Part shown: one piece after another, positions 28,184 to 37,786 of the stretch
How positions within the stretch are numbered: position 1 is the stretch's first letter
Layout of the letters: each line of letters begins with the position of its first letter
Origin: Syntrophobacterales bacterium
GTDB lineage: Bacteria; Desulfobacterota; Syntrophia; Syntrophales; CAMTWB01
DNA: 64,000 bases
Reading direction: 5' to 3'
Assembly (NCBI GenBank): GCA_037445955.1
Contig: JBBIJM010000005.1
Span: forward strand, 1,693-65,692
Position numbers and translations under genes: made by a program
Notes under the pieces: generated by a model
What the model saw: only the letters and a program-made list of their open reading frames with translations
Databases searched by the model: none
Told to the model about the DNA's origin: nothing

Positions 28184-28346
28184 TTGACCGGTCGTAACAC
28201 TTCTCCCCGCTGCTTGTGAAAAAACATCCCGGGATTTCGTTGTTCTGCCGGTGATAGAAAACGCACTGGCAGCATTTGGCCTTCCTTGCGCACGGCTCGT
28301 AAGAGCAGGTGCATAAGACCTTATTCTCCTCTATTCTGCATTCCAT
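28155..28346 (-). CDS. small cysteine-rich protein (DUF6485-like)
   Basis: 63 aa from ATG 28346 (MECRIEENKVLCTCSYEPCARKAKCCQCVFYH...) with 9 Cys. A perfect SD TAGGAGGT sits 8 nt upstream, and its TAG is the hrpA stop codon. Confidence 0.65.
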   Translation of the reverse strand: MECRIEENKVLCTCSYEPCARKAKCCQCVFYHRQNNEIPGCFFTSSGEKCYDRSIKRFLADRG

Positions 28347-28358
28347 TGGCAAGACCTC

Positions 28359-31300
28359 CTAGCCGAATTTTTGCAGCTCGTTTATTTTTTCAATAAGTCT
28401 CTTCTCCGAGACCGGAAAGAGGGTTTTGAGTTCCTGGGCGAAGAGGGATACCCGGAATTCCTGGATCGTCCAGAAAAGATCGCAAACGGCCCGGCGCAAC
28501 TCTTCGGGGCTCTCCGGGGTCAATCTTGCCTGCCAGGCGTTCCACTTGTCTTGATAAGTTCTGACCAGTCTTGATTTCTCCTCCGCCTTCTTCAGGTTGG
28601 AAATTCCCCGTCTGGCCCGGATTCCCTGGGCTTTGAGATAGCGGACCAATCTGCTTATCTGATCCAGGTTATAACGGGAGAGGAAATCCCCAGGCAGCAA
28701 ATCCCCGATTTCCTCCTTCAGGCAGGCGAGGTAGTCAAGGGCGGGTTTGATCCTGCCGTTTTCCCGTTCGAGATCGGCGATGATCGAGGAGGTCTGCCAA
28801 TGCTCCTTAAGGAGCGGAGCTACGGCCTGGAGGATTTCCAGCCCCCGGGGGATAATCCGGGCCGCCCTCTCCCGTCTGAGCCGATCGAATCCCTCGGCGT
28901 CCCTGATATTTGCGCCAAAGAGATCCCGGGCGACCTTTTCTTCGATTCCCTTGACCAGCTCTTTTTCCCCGGGGAATCGGTCGGCCCAGAGTTTCAGGTC
29001 GGAAGAAGGTTTCAAAGACTTCCTCAGGCGGTCGAAGTCGGAACGGAGGACGATTCGATAAAGGGCTGCAACCCCTTCCGGATGGGATACGGCCGCCTGG
29101 CCGGGGGAGTTGAAAAGCCGGAGGCAGACCTTGTCTTCCGCTTTCGCCAGGGCGGGAAAACTATAGCCTACCACCTGTCCCCCCGTCTGAAGCGGGATCA
29201 TCTCGGGCAAACCAGGGAAATCCCACCCGGTAAGCCCCTCCCTTTCCCAGCCGGCCCGCGCCTGACCGATCAGATCATGATCGCCTCCGGAAAAAAAATC
29301 TCTCTTTAAATCATCGAGATCCCGGCCGGATACGAGCTCTTTCTCCTGTTGGTCCTCCAGGGCGTATCTCAAGCGGAGACGTTCTTCCAGATCCGCATCT
29401 CTCCAGGCGCTCCCGGGAATATCGATGCCGAACCTATTTTTCATAAATTGGCTTAAGTTATGAGAGAGACTTCCCTTGCCGGGGGAGAAATCCTCAAGGA
29501 CTATCCGGAAGGTATCCTTGAGGGGGTGGAGCTTTTTTCTGGTCTCCTTGGGCAGACCCTTTAAAAGCGCCTGAAGTTTTTCCCGCCAGAGGCCCGGGAT
29601 CGCCGCCTCGTTTATCTCTTTGGGCAGGTGGGCAAGGAGGGAAAGGGGTATCTTCAGGGTCGCCCCGTCGTCTTGCCGGCCCGGGGCGAACCGGTAGCGG
29701 ATGGGCAGCGTCTTATCTCCGATGGTGATCAGCTCCGGATAGAGGGACAGCTCCTCTTCATCAGGGTGCTTAAGCAGGAGACCGGCCTCTTCCAATCTGA
29801 GGAATTCATCTCCCCTCTCCTTTAGAACCTTCCGTAAGGCCCTCAAGTTGAAGATTCCCGGAAGCCTTTCGGCGTAGAATTCGAAAACCTTCTCCTCCCC
29901 GGCAAAGAGATCCCTCCTTCTTAGTCGCTCCTCGATCCCTTTTATCTTTTCGATGACCCGGCGGTTATGATCGAGGAAAGGCAGGCGGAGGGAAGAGGAT
30001 TCGGAAACAAGGGCCTCTCTGAGGAATATCTCGGTGGCGGCCTTCTGATCCACCCGTCCCAGGGCAACCACCCGGGACGGGATGATTACCAGTCCAAAGA
30101 GGCTGACCTGTTCGTCGGCTACCGCCTCCTGTCTCGTTTCGTCCCAGCGGGGATTGGAATATTTGAAACGGCAAAGATCCCGTCCCAGTTCGTACAGCCA
30201 GAGGCTTTCAATCCGTGCCACCCTTCTTGCGTACAGCTTGGAGGTCTTGACCAGTTCCGCGGCCACAATCCACTGGCTGCCCCGGCCGTAGAGGCCGGAT
30301 CCGGGAAAGATCACCGCCTCCCTCCCCTTGGCTATCTGGTAGATGTTCTTTTCTTTCTTTAGGCCTGCCTGGGAAAGGTAACCGCTCAAAATAGAACGGT
30401 GAATCCTCTCGTAGAGATCGTCGTCGTCACCGGCGGCGGGGGTCTGCCGGTAGCCGTTTTCCTCGAGGATGGAGGAGAGTTGTTCGTAGACATCCCGCCA
30501 TTCCTTCATCCGTCTGAACGAGAGACAGTGTTCCTGGCAGAATTTCTTCATTTGAGATTTGGAGGCGGTCTCGGCCGTCTTGCCGTAGAGCCGCCAGATG
30601 TTCAGGAGACTCATGAAATCCGAAGCGGGATCTGCGAATATACCGTGGATATCCGCGGCCTCTTTCCTCTTTTCAAACGGCACTTCTCTGGGATCTCCTG
30701 TGGTGAGGGCAGCGGCAATGGCTATGACCTCGCTTAAACAGTTCTGCCTTTTGGCCTCGATGACCATCGCACCCAGACGAGGGTCGAGGGGAAGGACGGC
30801 CATGATCTGCCCTTTTGGGGTCAGCCTTAAATCCGGCCCCTCCTTCCCGGGAGATGATCCGCTTGACTGTTTTACCGGTTCGATCGCGTTTAGTTCCAAA
30901 AGGGTGTCGATCCCGTCCTGAATATGGCGGGAAGCCGGTTGATCGAGGAATGGGAAGGACTCAATCCGGCCTAACTTAAGATAGAGCATCCTGAGAATGA
31001 CCTCGGCTAAGTTTGACCTCAGAAGCTCCGGCTGGGTGTAGGGAGGGAGGTTTTTATAAGTCTCTTCGCTGTAAAGGCGGAAGCAAACCCCGGCTTGAAC
31101 CCGGCCGCAGCGTCCCTGGCGCTGGATTGCCCCGGAGGCGGAAATCGGCGCTACCGGAAGGCTTGTGGTCTTGATCCGGGGGTTATAAACTTTGATCCTG
31201 GCCAGGCCGGAGTCGATGACGTACCGAATATCGGGGATGGTAAGGGAGGTTTCGGCGATGTTGGTAGCCGCGATCACCTTCCGTCTGGGATAGCGTCTGA

Positions 31301-32138
31301 AGGCCCTTTCCTGCTCCTGGCGGCTCAGGCGGGCAAACAGAGGCAGGATCACCGCCTCTGTACCGATTCGACCCTCAAGAATTTTGCAGGTCTCTCTGAT
31401 ATCCGCCTCGGTGGGCAGGAAGATCAGGATATCGCCCTCCGGCCAGGCAAAGATGATCTCTTCGGCGAGATCCGCGGCCATCTCGGGGTAAGAGAGATTC
31501 TCTTCATCCTCCGCCGGGATCAAAGGCGGGCGAAAGCAGGTTTCCACGGGATACATGGTTCCCGACACCTCGATAATCGGAGCCTGATCGAAGAATTCCG
31601 AGAACTTGGCGGCGTCGATGGTGGCGGAGGTGACGATTACCTTCAGGTCCTTTCTTTTCGGAAGGATCTTCTTTACGATCCCCAGGAGGAAATCGATATT
31701 GAGACTCCGTTCATGGGCCTCATCAATTATCAAGGTGTCATATTGCCTCAAATAGGGGTCCGATTGGGCCTCCATGAGCAGGATGCCGTCGGTCATGACC
31801 TTGATTTTCAGGTTTTGCCCCATTCTGCGGTCGAAACGGATCTTGTGGCCAACCGTTTGGCCGACCTCCTCGTTGAGCTCGGAGGCGATCCTTCTTGCCG
31901 CCATCACCGCGGCGATCCGTCTCGGCTGGGTGCAGCCGATGATTCCCCTTTCCCCCCTTGCCGCCTCGAGGCAGATCTTGGGAAGCTGGGTCGTCTTCCC
32001 CGAACCGGTCGCCCCGGTGACCACCGTTACCGGCGCCCTCAAAACGGTCTTAATGATCGAGTCTTTGCATTTAACGATGGGCAGTTCCGGCGGGTAGGAG
32101 ATGTCTCTGATCGGGTCTTGGTTAGGTTTTTGCGTCAT
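28359..32138 (-). CDS. hrpA: ATP-dependent RNA helicase HrpA (DEAH box)
   Basis: About 1260 aa with GATGSGKTTQLPK, DEAHER, SATID, QRQGRCGR and a long HrpA C-terminal region. The start is ATG 32138 (the track start at 32204 is a TTG). Confidence 0.92.
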   Translation of the reverse strand: MTQKPNQDPIRDISYPPELPIVKCKDSIIKTVLRAPVTVVTGATGSGKTTQLPKICLEAARGERGIIGCTQPRRIAAVMAARRIASELNEEVGQTVGHKIRFDRRMGQNLKIKVMTDGILLMEAQSDPYLRQYDTLIIDEAHERSLNIDFLLGIVKKILPKRKDLKVIVTSATIDAAKFSEFFDQAPIIEVSGTMYPVETCFRPPLIPAEDEENLSYPEMAADLAEEIIFAWPEGDILIFLPTEADIRETCKILEGRIGTEAVILPLFARLSRQEQERAFRRYPRRKVIAATNIAETSLTIPDIRYVIDSGLARIKVYNPRIKTTSLPVAPISASGAIQRQGRCGRVQAGVCFRLYSEETYKNLPPYTQPELLRSNLAEVILRMLYLKLGRIESFPFLDQPASRHIQDGIDTLLELNAIEPVKQSSGSSPGKEGPDLRLTPKGQIMAVLPLDPRLGAMVIEAKRQNCLSEVIAIAAALTTGDPREVPFEKRKEAADIHGIFADPASDFMSLLNIWRLYGKTAETASKSQMKKFCQEHCLSFRRMKEWRDVYEQLSSILEENGYRQTPAAGDDDDLYERIHRSILSGYLSQAGLKKEKNIYQIAKGREAVIFPGSGLYGRGSQWIVAAELVKTSKLYARRVARIESLWLYELGRDLCRFKYSNPRWDETRQEAVADEQVSLFGLVIIPSRVVALGRVDQKAATEIFLREALVSESSSLRLPFLDHNRRVIEKIKGIEERLRRRDLFAGEEKVFEFYAERLPGIFNLRALRKVLKERGDEFLRLEEAGLLLKHPDEEELSLYPELITIGDKTLPIRYRFAPGRQDDGATLKIPLSLLAHLPKEINEAAIPGLWREKLQALLKGLPKETRKKLHPLKDTFRIVLEDFSPGKGSLSHNLSQFMKNRFGIDIPGSAWRDADLEERLRLRYALEDQQEKELVSGRDLDDLKRDFFSGGDHDLIGQARAGWEREGLTGWDFPGLPEMIPLQTGGQVVGYSFPALAKAEDKVCLRLFNSPGQAAVSHPEGVAALYRIVLRSDFDRLRKSLKPSSDLKLWADRFPGEKELVKGIEEKVARDLFGANIRDAEGFDRLRRERAARIIPRGLEILQAVAPLLKEHWQTSSIIADLERENGRIKPALDYLACLKEEIGDLLPGDFLSRYNLDQISRLVRYLKAQGIRARRGISNLKKAEEKSRLVRTYQDKWNAWQARLTPESPEELRRAVCDLFWTIQEFRVSLFAQELKTLFPVSEKRLIEKINELQKFG

Positions 32139-32195
32139 GCTGCCTGATTCCCTGGTTTGCTCCGGTGTTTCATACCATGACGGATCAGGGAAGAT

Positions 32196-32214
32196 AAAGG
32201 GCAATTTGCCCTTT
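32196..32214. promoter_or_regulatory. 19-bp perfect palindrome AAAGGGCAA-T-TTGCCCTTT in the hrpA/xerD divergent region
   Basis: Verified base by base. The centre (32205) is 67 nt from both the hrpA ATG (32138) and the xerD ATG (32272). Confidence 0.5.
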
Positions 32215-32271
32215 CAGGGATTGCCGCAAACGGCAGGTTGCATAGAAGGCCGATTTGGGTTAAGAAAAATC

Positions 32272-33162
32272 ATGTTTGAGATCGTTGATCAATATTTGAG
32301 CTATCTCGTCATAGAGAAGGGTTCGGCCGCCAACACCATCGAGGCCTACAGCAGGGATCTCGACCGTTATCTGGCCTATTTGGAGACGAAAGTAGGGAAG
32401 GATTCCCTAAGGGATGCTAAAGAAGAGGACCTGATTGCCTATATGGGCCAGTTGCGGAGGGAGGGTCTGTCGGCGAGGTCTGTTAATCGCTGTGTGTCGG
32501 CGATCAGAGGCTTCTTTAAGTTTATGCAGAAAGAAAGGCTTATCGTAAATTCTCCCGCGGCGGATTTGGAGCAGGCCAAAACCTGGCAGAGCCTTCCTGA
32601 TGTCTTGTCCAAAGACGAGGTAGAGCTTATCCTTTCGGTGCCCGTCAGATCGACGGCCGTCGGGATGCGGGACAGGGCGATGATGGAGTTGCTCTACGCC
32701 ACCGGTTTGAGGATCTCCGAGTTGAAAGACCTGGCCTTAAACAGCATAAACTGGCAGGTAGGGTACCTCCAGGCCGTAGGAAAGGGGAACAAGACGAGAC
32801 TGGTGCCGATCGGCCGGGTGGCACAGGAGGCTCTCAGAGAATATATCCAGGGCGCCCGCCCGGCTTTTTTGAAAGGGGGCAGGTGCGAGCTGCTCTTTCT
32901 TACCCGTCTGGGGGAAGGTTTCACCCGTCAGGGGCTCTGGAAGATCATCAAGGGATATGTCAGGCTCTCCGGGATCAATAAGAGGGTTTATCCCCACACC
33001 TTCCGTCATTCGTTTGCCACCCATCTGCTGGCCGGGGGAGCGGATCTCCGGGCGGTGCAGGTGATGCTCGGCCATGCCGATATCTCGACTACCCAGGTAT
33101 ATACCCATGTTACCCGGGAGAGGCTCAAGGAAATCCACAAGGCCTATCATCCCCGGGGTTGA
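32272..33162 (+). CDS. xerD: site-specific tyrosine recombinase XerD
   Basis: Start at ATG 32272 (MFEIVDQYLSYLVIEKG). Catalytic R..HxxR..Y residues are present (LRHSFATHLL, GHADISTTQVYTHV), and the C-terminus ends HPRG, like XerD. Confidence 0.85.
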   Translation: MFEIVDQYLSYLVIEKGSAANTIEAYSRDLDRYLAYLETKVGKDSLRDAKEEDLIAYMGQLRREGLSARSVNRCVSAIRGFFKFMQKERLIVNSPAADLEQAKTWQSLPDVLSKDEVELILSVPVRSTAVGMRDRAMMELLYATGLRISELKDLALNSINWQVGYLQAVGKGNKTRLVPIGRVAQEALREYIQGARPAFLKGGRCELLFLTRLGEGFTRQGLWKIIKGYVRLSGINKRVYPHTFRHSFATHLLAGGADLRAVQVMLGHADISTTQVYTHVTRERLKEIHKAYHPRG

Positions 33163-33178
33163 TAAGGAGAAAACAGGT

Positions 33179-35098
33179 TTGATCCATCGGGATTTTAGAA
33201 AAAGCAGGTTCAAGAGAAGAAAAACCTTAAAAAAAATAGTTTTGATAATTCTGCCTTTTGTCGCCGGCACCCTTCTCTGGGGAGGATATGGTTTCCTTGC
33301 CGCTCATCCCGAGAAAAGAGAGGAAATAACCTTTGCCGCCGCCAGGGTGAAGAATTCCCTGGCCCACTATCTTTTCAACGCACAGCCGGTATTCTACTAT
33401 CTCCTTGTCGAAAAGAACGGCGAAGACTTGAGGCTCCTTCCCGATCAAGGGATGGAGGTTTTCTATCGAGATGAATTCGTCATCAAAAAGGTCGTCTCCG
33501 ATGATCTCACCGGCCGGCACACCTCCGTTGAGGTTGCCGGACTGGACGCAGGCGATACCTACCAGGTTTTGCTCAGAGGTAAAGACCTGGTTGATAAGGT
33601 GATCTCGGCCAGGAGGAGCGCCGCGCGGGATGATTCCTCATCCTTTCAAATCAACGTGGCCTACAAGGGAAATGTCTCGGCATCCCTGCCTTTGACAGTC
33701 AGGATCACCCCTCAGGACTGGTTGAGACATGCCCGGTTGACTGATGACCCTCGCCTGCAGATAGATTTTTTTAAAAAAGCCCTTTCCCAGAACCTCAGCG
33801 ATCCGGGAATCAGAAAAGCCCTGGCCGGATTGTACGAAAAAACCGGCATGATAAACGAGGCCATCGGTCAATATCGGCTTGTCCTGGCGGAAAACCCGGG
33901 GGATCGGTCGGTCAGGCGGGAGCTGGCCAGACTTTATCTCTCCGGGAAGAATTATCGGAGGTTCATCGAGGAGGGGCAGGACATATTAAAAGAAGACCCC
34001 GGTGATCACGGGGCGAAGTTGAACATGGCCCATGCCTACAAAAGCCTGGGGAACTGGGAAAAGGCAGCCGGGTATTATCTAAGTGCCCTGGAAGACAAGA
34101 ATCCGGATCCGCTCCTTCACTACCTCTTAGGAGAGGCGTACGAGAAGTTAAACAAGACCAAAGAGGCCCTCGAGCAATATCGCCTGGCGGTAAAACGGAG
34201 GCCCGGTGATCTCAATGCGATGATTGCCCTGGCAGACACCTCTCTTAAGGCCGAAAGTTATGACGAGGCGATAAAATGGTACAAGGAGATTATTGGCAGG
34301 AACCAGAAACAGGGGGCGGTCTATGCCAATCTGGCCCTGGCTTACGGCGGCAAGGGGTTGCTCAGGGAGGAGATAGCAAATTACCGCAACGCCCTGAGGA
34401 TGGATCCTAATAACTATAATGTCCGCTTCAATCTGGCGGCGGCCTTGGAAAAAGATAAAAAAGAGAAGGAGGCGGCGGAGGAATACTTAAGGCTTCTTAA
34501 GGAGAAGCCGAAAGACGCGGAGGTTTCAGAGAGACTGGCGAATCTTGAGTTCAAAAACAAAAGATACGAACAGGCCGTAAGGCACTATGAGCAGACAGTC
34601 AAGACCTCGCCCAGGAAGAGGCATCTTTATGCGAACCTTGGTTATTCCTATGGGGAGCTGAAAAAATTCGAGGAATCGGCCAGGAATTACGAGCTCGCCC
34701 TGAAACACGGCCTGCAGGATCCCCAGATCCACTATAACCTCGCCGTGACCTATGATATGCTGAAGAAAAAAGAGCAGGCGATCTTACAGTACGAGAGATA
34801 CGCCGCTTTGACCCCTAACCGGGAGGTGCTCTCCCTCCTTGCGGATCATTACTTGAAGAGCGGTAAATACGATCAGGCGATCAAGACCTATTTGAGGCTT
34901 GTCTCGGGCGAGGCGGGGGAAGATGAAGACATCTTTTTCAATCTGGGGGTTGCCTATGAGAAGAAGGAGATGTACCGGGAGGCCCTGAATTACTACGAAA
35001 AGGCCTTTGAAATAAATCCTGTAAGTGAGCGGGCAGGAAAGATCCGCCAGATGAAGGTAAAGATTCTGGAGGCCAAGCACCGGGAGAAAACCAAATGA
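33179..35098 (+). CDS. membrane-anchored TPR repeat protein
   Basis: A TTG start at 33179 lies 9 nt after AAGGAG (33164-33169). The track start at 33074 overlaps xerD. It has one N-terminal TM segment (IVLIILPFVAGTLLWGGYGFLA), a ~170-aa unknown domain, then many TPRs. Its stop overlaps the kdsA ATG. Confidence 0.75.
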   Translation: MIHRDFRKSRFKRRKTLKKIVLIILPFVAGTLLWGGYGFLAAHPEKREEITFAAARVKNSLAHYLFNAQPVFYYLLVEKNGEDLRLLPDQGMEVFYRDEFVIKKVVSDDLTGRHTSVEVAGLDAGDTYQVLLRGKDLVDKVISARRSAARDDSSSFQINVAYKGNVSASLPLTVRITPQDWLRHARLTDDPRLQIDFFKKALSQNLSDPGIRKALAGLYEKTGMINEAIGQYRLVLAENPGDRSVRRELARLYLSGKNYRRFIEEGQDILKEDPGDHGAKLNMAHAYKSLGNWEKAAGYYLSALEDKNPDPLLHYLLGEAYEKLNKTKEALEQYRLAVKRRPGDLNAMIALADTSLKAESYDEAIKWYKEIIGRNQKQGAVYANLALAYGGKGLLREEIANYRNALRMDPNNYNVRFNLAAALEKDKKEKEAAEEYLRLLKEKPKDAEVSERLANLEFKNKRYEQAVRHYEQTVKTSPRKRHLYANLGYSYGELKKFEESARNYELALKHGLQDPQIHYNLAVTYDMLKKKEQAILQYERYAALTPNREVLSLLADHYLKSGKYDQAIKTYLRLVSGEAGEDEDIFFNLGVAYEKKEMYREALNYYEKAFEINPVSERAGKIRQMKVKILEAKHREKTK

Positions 35099-35919
35099 AA
35101 AAAGTGAATATCGCCGATTATCTCGTTGGCGGCGACGAGCCGTTTTTTCTGATTGCCGGTCCCTGCGTCATCGAGGATGAGGAAATTACCAGAGCGATAG
35201 CCGTCCGCCTCAAGGCGCTTACCGGGGAGCTTGCCATTCCCTTTGTCTTTAAGGCCTCCTACGACAAGGCAAACCGCACGGCGGCCGGTTCATTCCGGGG
35301 GCCGGGGCTTAAGCGGGGCCTGGAGATCCTGCGGGACATAAAAAGGGATTTCGACATCCCGGTCCTTTCCGATGTCCATCGTTTCGAAGAGATCGGGCCG
35401 GCAGCGGAGGTGCTTGACATTATTCAGGTCCCCGCTTTCCTTTGCCGTCAGACGGACTTTCTCTCCGAGATTGCCCAGACCGGGCGGGCGGTAAATGTCA
35501 AGAAAGGCCAATTCCTCGCCCCCTGGGACATGGAAAACGTAATCGAAAAGATCCGCTCCCGGGGCAATGATCGGATCCTTATCACCGAACGGGGCGTTTC
35601 GTTCGGATATAATAACCTTATCTCCGATTTCCGGGGACTGCCCATCATGAGAAGGATGGGGTTCCCGGTGATCTATGATGCGACCCACAGTGTTCAGCTT
35701 CCCGGGGGGGCCGGCACCGCCTCTTCCGGGAACCGGGATATGGTGCCTTATCTGGCGCGCGGCGCCGTGGCGGTGGGGGTAGACGGGCTTTTTTTCGAGG
35801 TTCATCCCTGCCCGGAGGAGGCCCGTTGTGACGGCCCCAATTCCCTCTCATTAGACAGCCTTCCCGGGCTTCTGCCCCTTCTTAAGAGGCTTGATCTTAT
35901 CGTAAAGACCGAAGGTTGA
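35095..35919 (+). CDS. kdsA: 3-deoxy-8-phosphooctulonate synthase
   Basis: 274 aa with KdsA motifs (FLIAGPCVIE, FKASYDKANR, DATHSVQLPGG). Confidence 0.93.
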   Translation: MKKVNIADYLVGGDEPFFLIAGPCVIEDEEITRAIAVRLKALTGELAIPFVFKASYDKANRTAAGSFRGPGLKRGLEILRDIKRDFDIPVLSDVHRFEEIGPAAEVLDIIQVPAFLCRQTDFLSEIAQTGRAVNVKKGQFLAPWDMENVIEKIRSRGNDRILITERGVSFGYNNLISDFRGLPIMRRMGFPVIYDATHSVQLPGGAGTASSGNRDMVPYLARGAVAVGVDGLFFEVHPCPEEARCDGPNSLSLDSLPGLLPLLKRLDLIVKTEG

Positions 35920-35942
35920 CCTAAATGATCAGGAGAACTGAG

Positions 35943-36506
35943 ATGGATATAGAGAACCGGGAGAACCTGCGCAGGTTGCTTGAACCGATCAGGCTTCTCA
36001 TCCTGGATGTTGACGGGGTGCTGACCGACGGCCGGATCATCCTCGATGGGGAAGGGCGGGAGTGCAAAATTTTCGATGTCAAAGACGGCCACCGGCTTGC
36101 CATGATGATCGGGCAGGGGGTTGAGGTGATCGTTATTACAGGAAGAAATTCGCAGGCCGTTGAGATCAGGTCCCGGGAACTGGGGGTGGCGGAGACCTAT
36201 CAGGGAATCCGGGACAAGGTCAAGGTATATGAAGAGATCATCGCGAGGAAAAACCTCTTGCGGCAAGAGGTTGCCTTTGTCGGAGACGACCTGGTCGATA
36301 TCCCCCTGCTCAAGAGGGTGGGGTTTGCCGTTGCCGTTTCCGACGCCTCGGAGCAGGTGAAGACCGTCGTCCATTATGTGACCGGGAAGCCCGGCGGCAG
36401 GGGGGCTGTCGGCGAGGTTTGCGAAATGATCTTGAAGGCCAAAGGGAAATGGGAAGCAATGGAGAAGAGATACGAATTTTCCCGGGGGGATGGACGAACC
36501 TTTTAG
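35943..36506 (+). CDS. kdsC: KDO 8-phosphate phosphatase (HAD family)
   Basis: ILDVDGVLTDG and GDDLVD motifs. The ATG at 35943 has AGGAG 7 nt upstream. An alternative ATG lies at 35925. Confidence 0.88.
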   Translation: MDIENRENLRRLLEPIRLLILDVDGVLTDGRIILDGEGRECKIFDVKDGHRLAMMIGQGVEVIVITGRNSQAVEIRSRELGVAETYQGIRDKVKVYEEIIARKNLLRQEVAFVGDDLVDIPLLKRVGFAVAVSDASEQVKTVVHYVTGKPGGRGAVGEVCEMILKAKGKWEAMEKRYEFSRGDGRTF

Positions 36507-36638
36507 AACTTTACATAGGATTGGGGGAGTGTTATAGCTCAGGGACCGGAGAGATAACTGGCCGGTGACTTTTATCCATCAATACTGTGATGGGCTTTGG
36601 ATGAGCTTTGAAAAACTTATGACCGGGAGATACTGAAG

Positions 36639-37190
36639 TTGAAGTTGTCCAGGAAAGGGTTGATCGCAGCGGTTGGGGCCTTGACCGTTCTTGTCGTTTT
36701 GACGATTATCTTATTTCTTGTTTTAAGAAAGACGCCGCCCCTTGCCCTGTTGAATATTCTACCTAAGGAGATCGATGTTGAGGTTAAAGACGTCATCTAC
36801 CGGGAGGTCGGCACCACCGGGGCCAAGTGGGAGGTGAAGGCGGATCAGGCGAGGTACCTGAAGAATGAAAACCTGGCCGTTTTCGAAAAGGTCAGGATCC
36901 GATTCACCCTGTCCGATGGCCGGGTTGTTGTCTTAGAGGGTGACCGGGGCAGGCTCAGGACCGATTCCCAGGATATTGATATAAGCGGAAATGTTACGGT
37001 AAGCACATTTGAAGGGGATCGTTTTCGAACCAATAGCGTTCAATTTTCAAAAAAGACAGAGATTGCATCGACAAGGGATCCGGTGGTCCTGGAAAGTGGA
37101 AACGTCCGTATCGAGGCGGTGGGGATGGTTCTGTCGCTCAAGGAAGAGACCTTGACCCTTACGTCCCGGGTGAAGGCGAAGGTTTATTGA
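36639..37190 (+). CDS. lptC: LPS export system protein LptC
   Basis: 183 aa, TTG start, a single N-terminal TM segment and an OstA-like beta-jellyroll pattern. Its position upstream of lptA-lptB supports the call. Confidence 0.75.
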   Translation: MKLSRKGLIAAVGALTVLVVLTIILFLVLRKTPPLALLNILPKEIDVEVKDVIYREVGTTGAKWEVKADQARYLKNENLAVFEKVRIRFTLSDGRVVVLEGDRGRLRTDSQDIDISGNVTVSTFEGDRFRTNSVQFSKKTEIASTRDPVVLESGNVRIEAVGMVLSLKEETLTLTSRVKAKVY

Positions 37191-37203
37191 TGAAAGGAGA
37201 GGA

Positions 37204-37773
37204 ATGAAAAGGTATCTTTCAGCGTTATTAATCTCGCTGGTAGCGGTGGCTCCCCATTCTTTGGTCTTTGCCCAGAAGGCGGATCCCCGGAAGAGGCCGC
37301 CGGTTGAAAAGGAACAGCGAATCCCGATCCGAATCGAAGCGGACAGGCTCGATGCCCTCAATGAAAAGCGCCTGGTGATCTTTACCGGTTCGGTGGTGGC
37401 CAAACAGGAAGACAAGACCATCAAGGCGGACCGGATGATCCTGTATTACAAGAAAGAGGCCGCGGCGGCGGATAAGGCGCCGGTGACCCGGGACCCTTTA
37501 AGGGGAGGCGATCTGGAGAGGATCGAGGCGAAAGGCAAGGTTATAATCATCCTTGAGGAGAGGACGGCCACCGGCGATGAGGCGGTATTTTTCCAGGACA
37601 GCCAGGAGATGATCCTTACCGGCAATGCGACCTTAAGGGAAGGGGACAATACGGTAAGCGGCCACAAGGTAACGGTGTATCTCAACGAAAACAGAGGCAT
37701 CGTGGAGAGCGGAGAAAACAGAAGGGTTACCGCCACCATCTTTACAACCGAAGGTCAGGGTTTAAAGAAATAG
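37204..37773 (+). CDS. lptA: LPS transport periplasmic protein LptA (OstA-like)
   Basis: 189 aa with a signal peptide and the motif IEADRLD...FTGSV, as in LptA. Confidence 0.85.
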   Translation: MKRYLSALLISLVAVAPHSLVFAQKADPRKRPPVEKEQRIPIRIEADRLDALNEKRLVIFTGSVVAKQEDKTIKADRMILYYKKEAAAADKAPVTRDPLRGGDLERIEAKGKVIIILEERTATGDEAVFFQDSQEMILTGNATLREGDNTVSGHKVTVYLNENRGIVESGENRRVTATIFTTEGQGLKK

Positions 37774-37786
37774 GCCGTTTTGGGAC

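Noticed and set aside
36521-36560. A tRNA-like string GGGGGAGTGTTATAGCTCAGGGA in the kdsC-lptC gap.
   Set aside because: It resembles an acceptor/D-arm start, but no anticodon stem, T-loop (GGTTCGAATCC-like) or matching 3' acceptor strand follows. It is not a tRNA.
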